A DNA stretch of 64,000 nt from a virus (taxonomy: Duplodnaviria; Caudoviricetes), in IMG/VR virus record IMGVR_UViG_3300028591_000011, positions 41,736 through 105,735 of that record, one strand, 5' to 3'. The translations under genes were made by a program, and so were the position numbers. Positions 61,943-64,000 of the stretch are shown one piece after another; position 1 is the first letter of the stretch, and every line of letters begins with the position of its first letter. The notes beneath the pieces were generated by a model that made no database searches, was not told where the DNA came from, and saw only the letters and a list, made by a program, of their open reading frames with translations.

Positions 61943-64000
61943 ATGATAGAAAATAAACTTTTACACTATGAGACACGTGCGGCATTCGAGTAGGATAAGC
62001 CAAATATAGCGAATACGTCGATTGCGTTCATAGATGAGGGTCGCACGATCTATACTTGGGGAAAAGAATACAATAGTCTACAAGTATAGGATGAAGTAGA
62101 AAGCGTATAGGAAGAGGTAGAAAAGATCGAACGAGAATGGCAAGATGCCCTTGATGAAAAAGTTACACAACTTACTGACCTTGTTACACGAAAACATGCT
62201 GAAGCTGTAGCCAATGCTAGAAGAGATATACAAGATGCGCAAGACAGGATAGCTGAAGTTAAACAGAAATTGACTACCCTTTAGGAAAGTTGTAGTACTA
62301 AAACGGAACTTGAAGCTGTAGATGGAAAAATAACTGCAATTACAAATTGGTATAATTTACAAGAACAAAGTCTTACAGAACTTAGTCAAAAACTCGACGC
62401 AATAGACGGTAAGATTGTAACAGAAGGTACGTATACCGATATAGTAAACAATGCTATAACTAACTACAATCATGAAGTAGATCTAAAGATCGCATAGGCA
62501 AAAGAAGAAATGTCTTATGCAAATACCGATGAAATGACTGATACTGTGGTAGGTCGATTGATGGATGCTGAAAATGGTATTCTCAAAGACTATGCTACAA
62601 TTGTTTATCTCGGTCAATAGATAGAAGGTCTTGCAAAAACTGCAGATATTTCTAATATTGTAGAACAAACATTGGATGCAAAAGAGCCAAGCTGGAATAC
62701 GTTGGTATCAAGAGTTGCTACAGTAGAAGGTACTACTTAGAATTTAAACACTTAGTATACAAGCCTTTCAGCTACAGTAAATGGGTTCTCTGCTATTACT
62801 ACACGAATCCAAGATCATGAGACTAGAATAGCTTAGATCGAATCTAATGTTGGCGACGATGAGTCAAAGGTTACTCTCGCTGCTGTATATAAAGTTGTAA
62901 ACGAAGATGTCAATAAAACTATAGCAGCCAAGATATTTGCATAGGCCAATGCACAAGGTTCTAACATAACGCTTTCTGCAGATAAGATTAATCTTTCTGG
63001 AGATACTACTGTACTCGGTAATTTTGTCGCATCAAAAATAAACGCTACAGATATTACAGCTAAAGCTTTAAATATTAGAAATAATTCTACAGGTAACTCT
63101 ATTACTGCAGATGCTACAAATGGTCTTAAGTTTACTGATGGTACTAGCGGTAGAAGTACATTTACTGTTAATATGAATGGTAGCGGATCTATCGGCTATC
63201 GTACTGTTACAGAAGAGGTAAATGGCGAGACTGTTACTACATACGAACCCGCTATTGCATGGGATTAGAATGGTAATGTACAGATTAATTCAGCTTTGAT
63301 TGGCGGAGGAGGTAGCGAGCAAACAGGACCTACTTACGTACAAAATCCGTATAACGACCAATGGATACACGATTGGAAAAATACAATAGATACTTGGAAA
63401 GGACAAATTACTAGTTGGAAGGCATAGCTCGAATCTAACAATAATTCTAGAGCGTACTTAACTGCTGCAGGTATTGTATTTGATAATAGTGCAGTATTAG
63501 ATCCAGTGACCGGTTCTGGTAGTATTGTAGCTGTAACATCAGTTTCTACACAAAACGGTACTGTGCCTGCTGGAGTAAGTCATACTGCTGTTGGTGGTAA
63601 CCTTAATGGTCAGCATGGTTATTATCTTAAGAATGATGGTACTGGAGAACTTGCATTCGGTAGCATTAAGTGGGATAAGGATGGTAACTTAACGGTAAAG
63701 AATCTTACTGTAGAAGGTAATACGTTCCAGTCTGAGAAAGGACATAAATTATTTAGAGTAGATGCTATTTGTAGTAATTATTCTGGTGTATATATAGATT
63801 ATTCTATTTATTCTTCTGGAGTATTGTTAAAATCAGATAGATTTTACATGTCTAGAAGTGGATATTGGAATCAATTAGGTATAGATGGAAATGAATCGTA
63901 TAATACCACAAAAGTGTTTTATGGAAGAAACGGTCATTACATAGATCCATGGGATTAGCCTTACGAGCAATAGTCTGTTTATGACGAATTTGGTGTACCA
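61943..64000 (+). CDS. Tail fibre/tail-associated protein, 3'-partial, TAG=Gln
   Basis: N-terminus SIAFIDEGRTIYTWGKEY, coiled coil, ITLSADKINLSG, then beta-rich repeats; frame joined by TAGs and continuous with track fragment 63506-63958. Confidence 0.7.

Noticed and set aside
61943-64000. Diversity-generating retroelement targeting the tail fibre
   Set aside because: No reverse transcriptase or TR/VR pair is visible in this window.

Overview
This window comes from a crAss-like (Crassvirales-type) Bacteroidota phage that uses two genetic codes. Late, virion and lysis genes (1-27151 +, 56506-58930 -, 61943-64000 +) read TAG as Gln (code 15). The supplied ORF track therefore shreds them. Re-read in code 15 they give a tail protein, two cargo proteins, a ~5,524-aa virion RNA polymerase polyprotein (QTGSDFDVDK with the Q encoded by TAG), a ~1,892-aa zincin-motif protein, an amidase endolysin and a tail fibre. 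The minus-strand early/replication block (27180-56316) has essentially no internal TAG and even uses TAG as a stop. It contains PolB, DnaB, primase, SSB, a Sak4-like ATPase, nucleases, an ECF sigma factor and a bL12-like protein. An amber-suppressor tRNA(CUA) lies at 61077-61151. The window is very rich in RNA elements. These include a circularly permuted two-piece tmRNA (tag GNINVVDYTGLKEAA) whose intervening segment is filled by a 53-aa ORF, a tRNA-Arg(UCU) split by a 501-nt group I intron, and a type III hammerhead. There are also several anticodon-less tRNA mimics, a ~2.1-kb structured non-coding region, and a tandem AGAGCC motif at replication-gene starts and in an upstream array. Back-to-back ECF-type promoters (TGCAAC-N17/18-CGTTA) face the recoded lysis block and the suppressor tRNA, suggesting a sigma-controlled code switch. 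All calls are by eye; no database searches were run.
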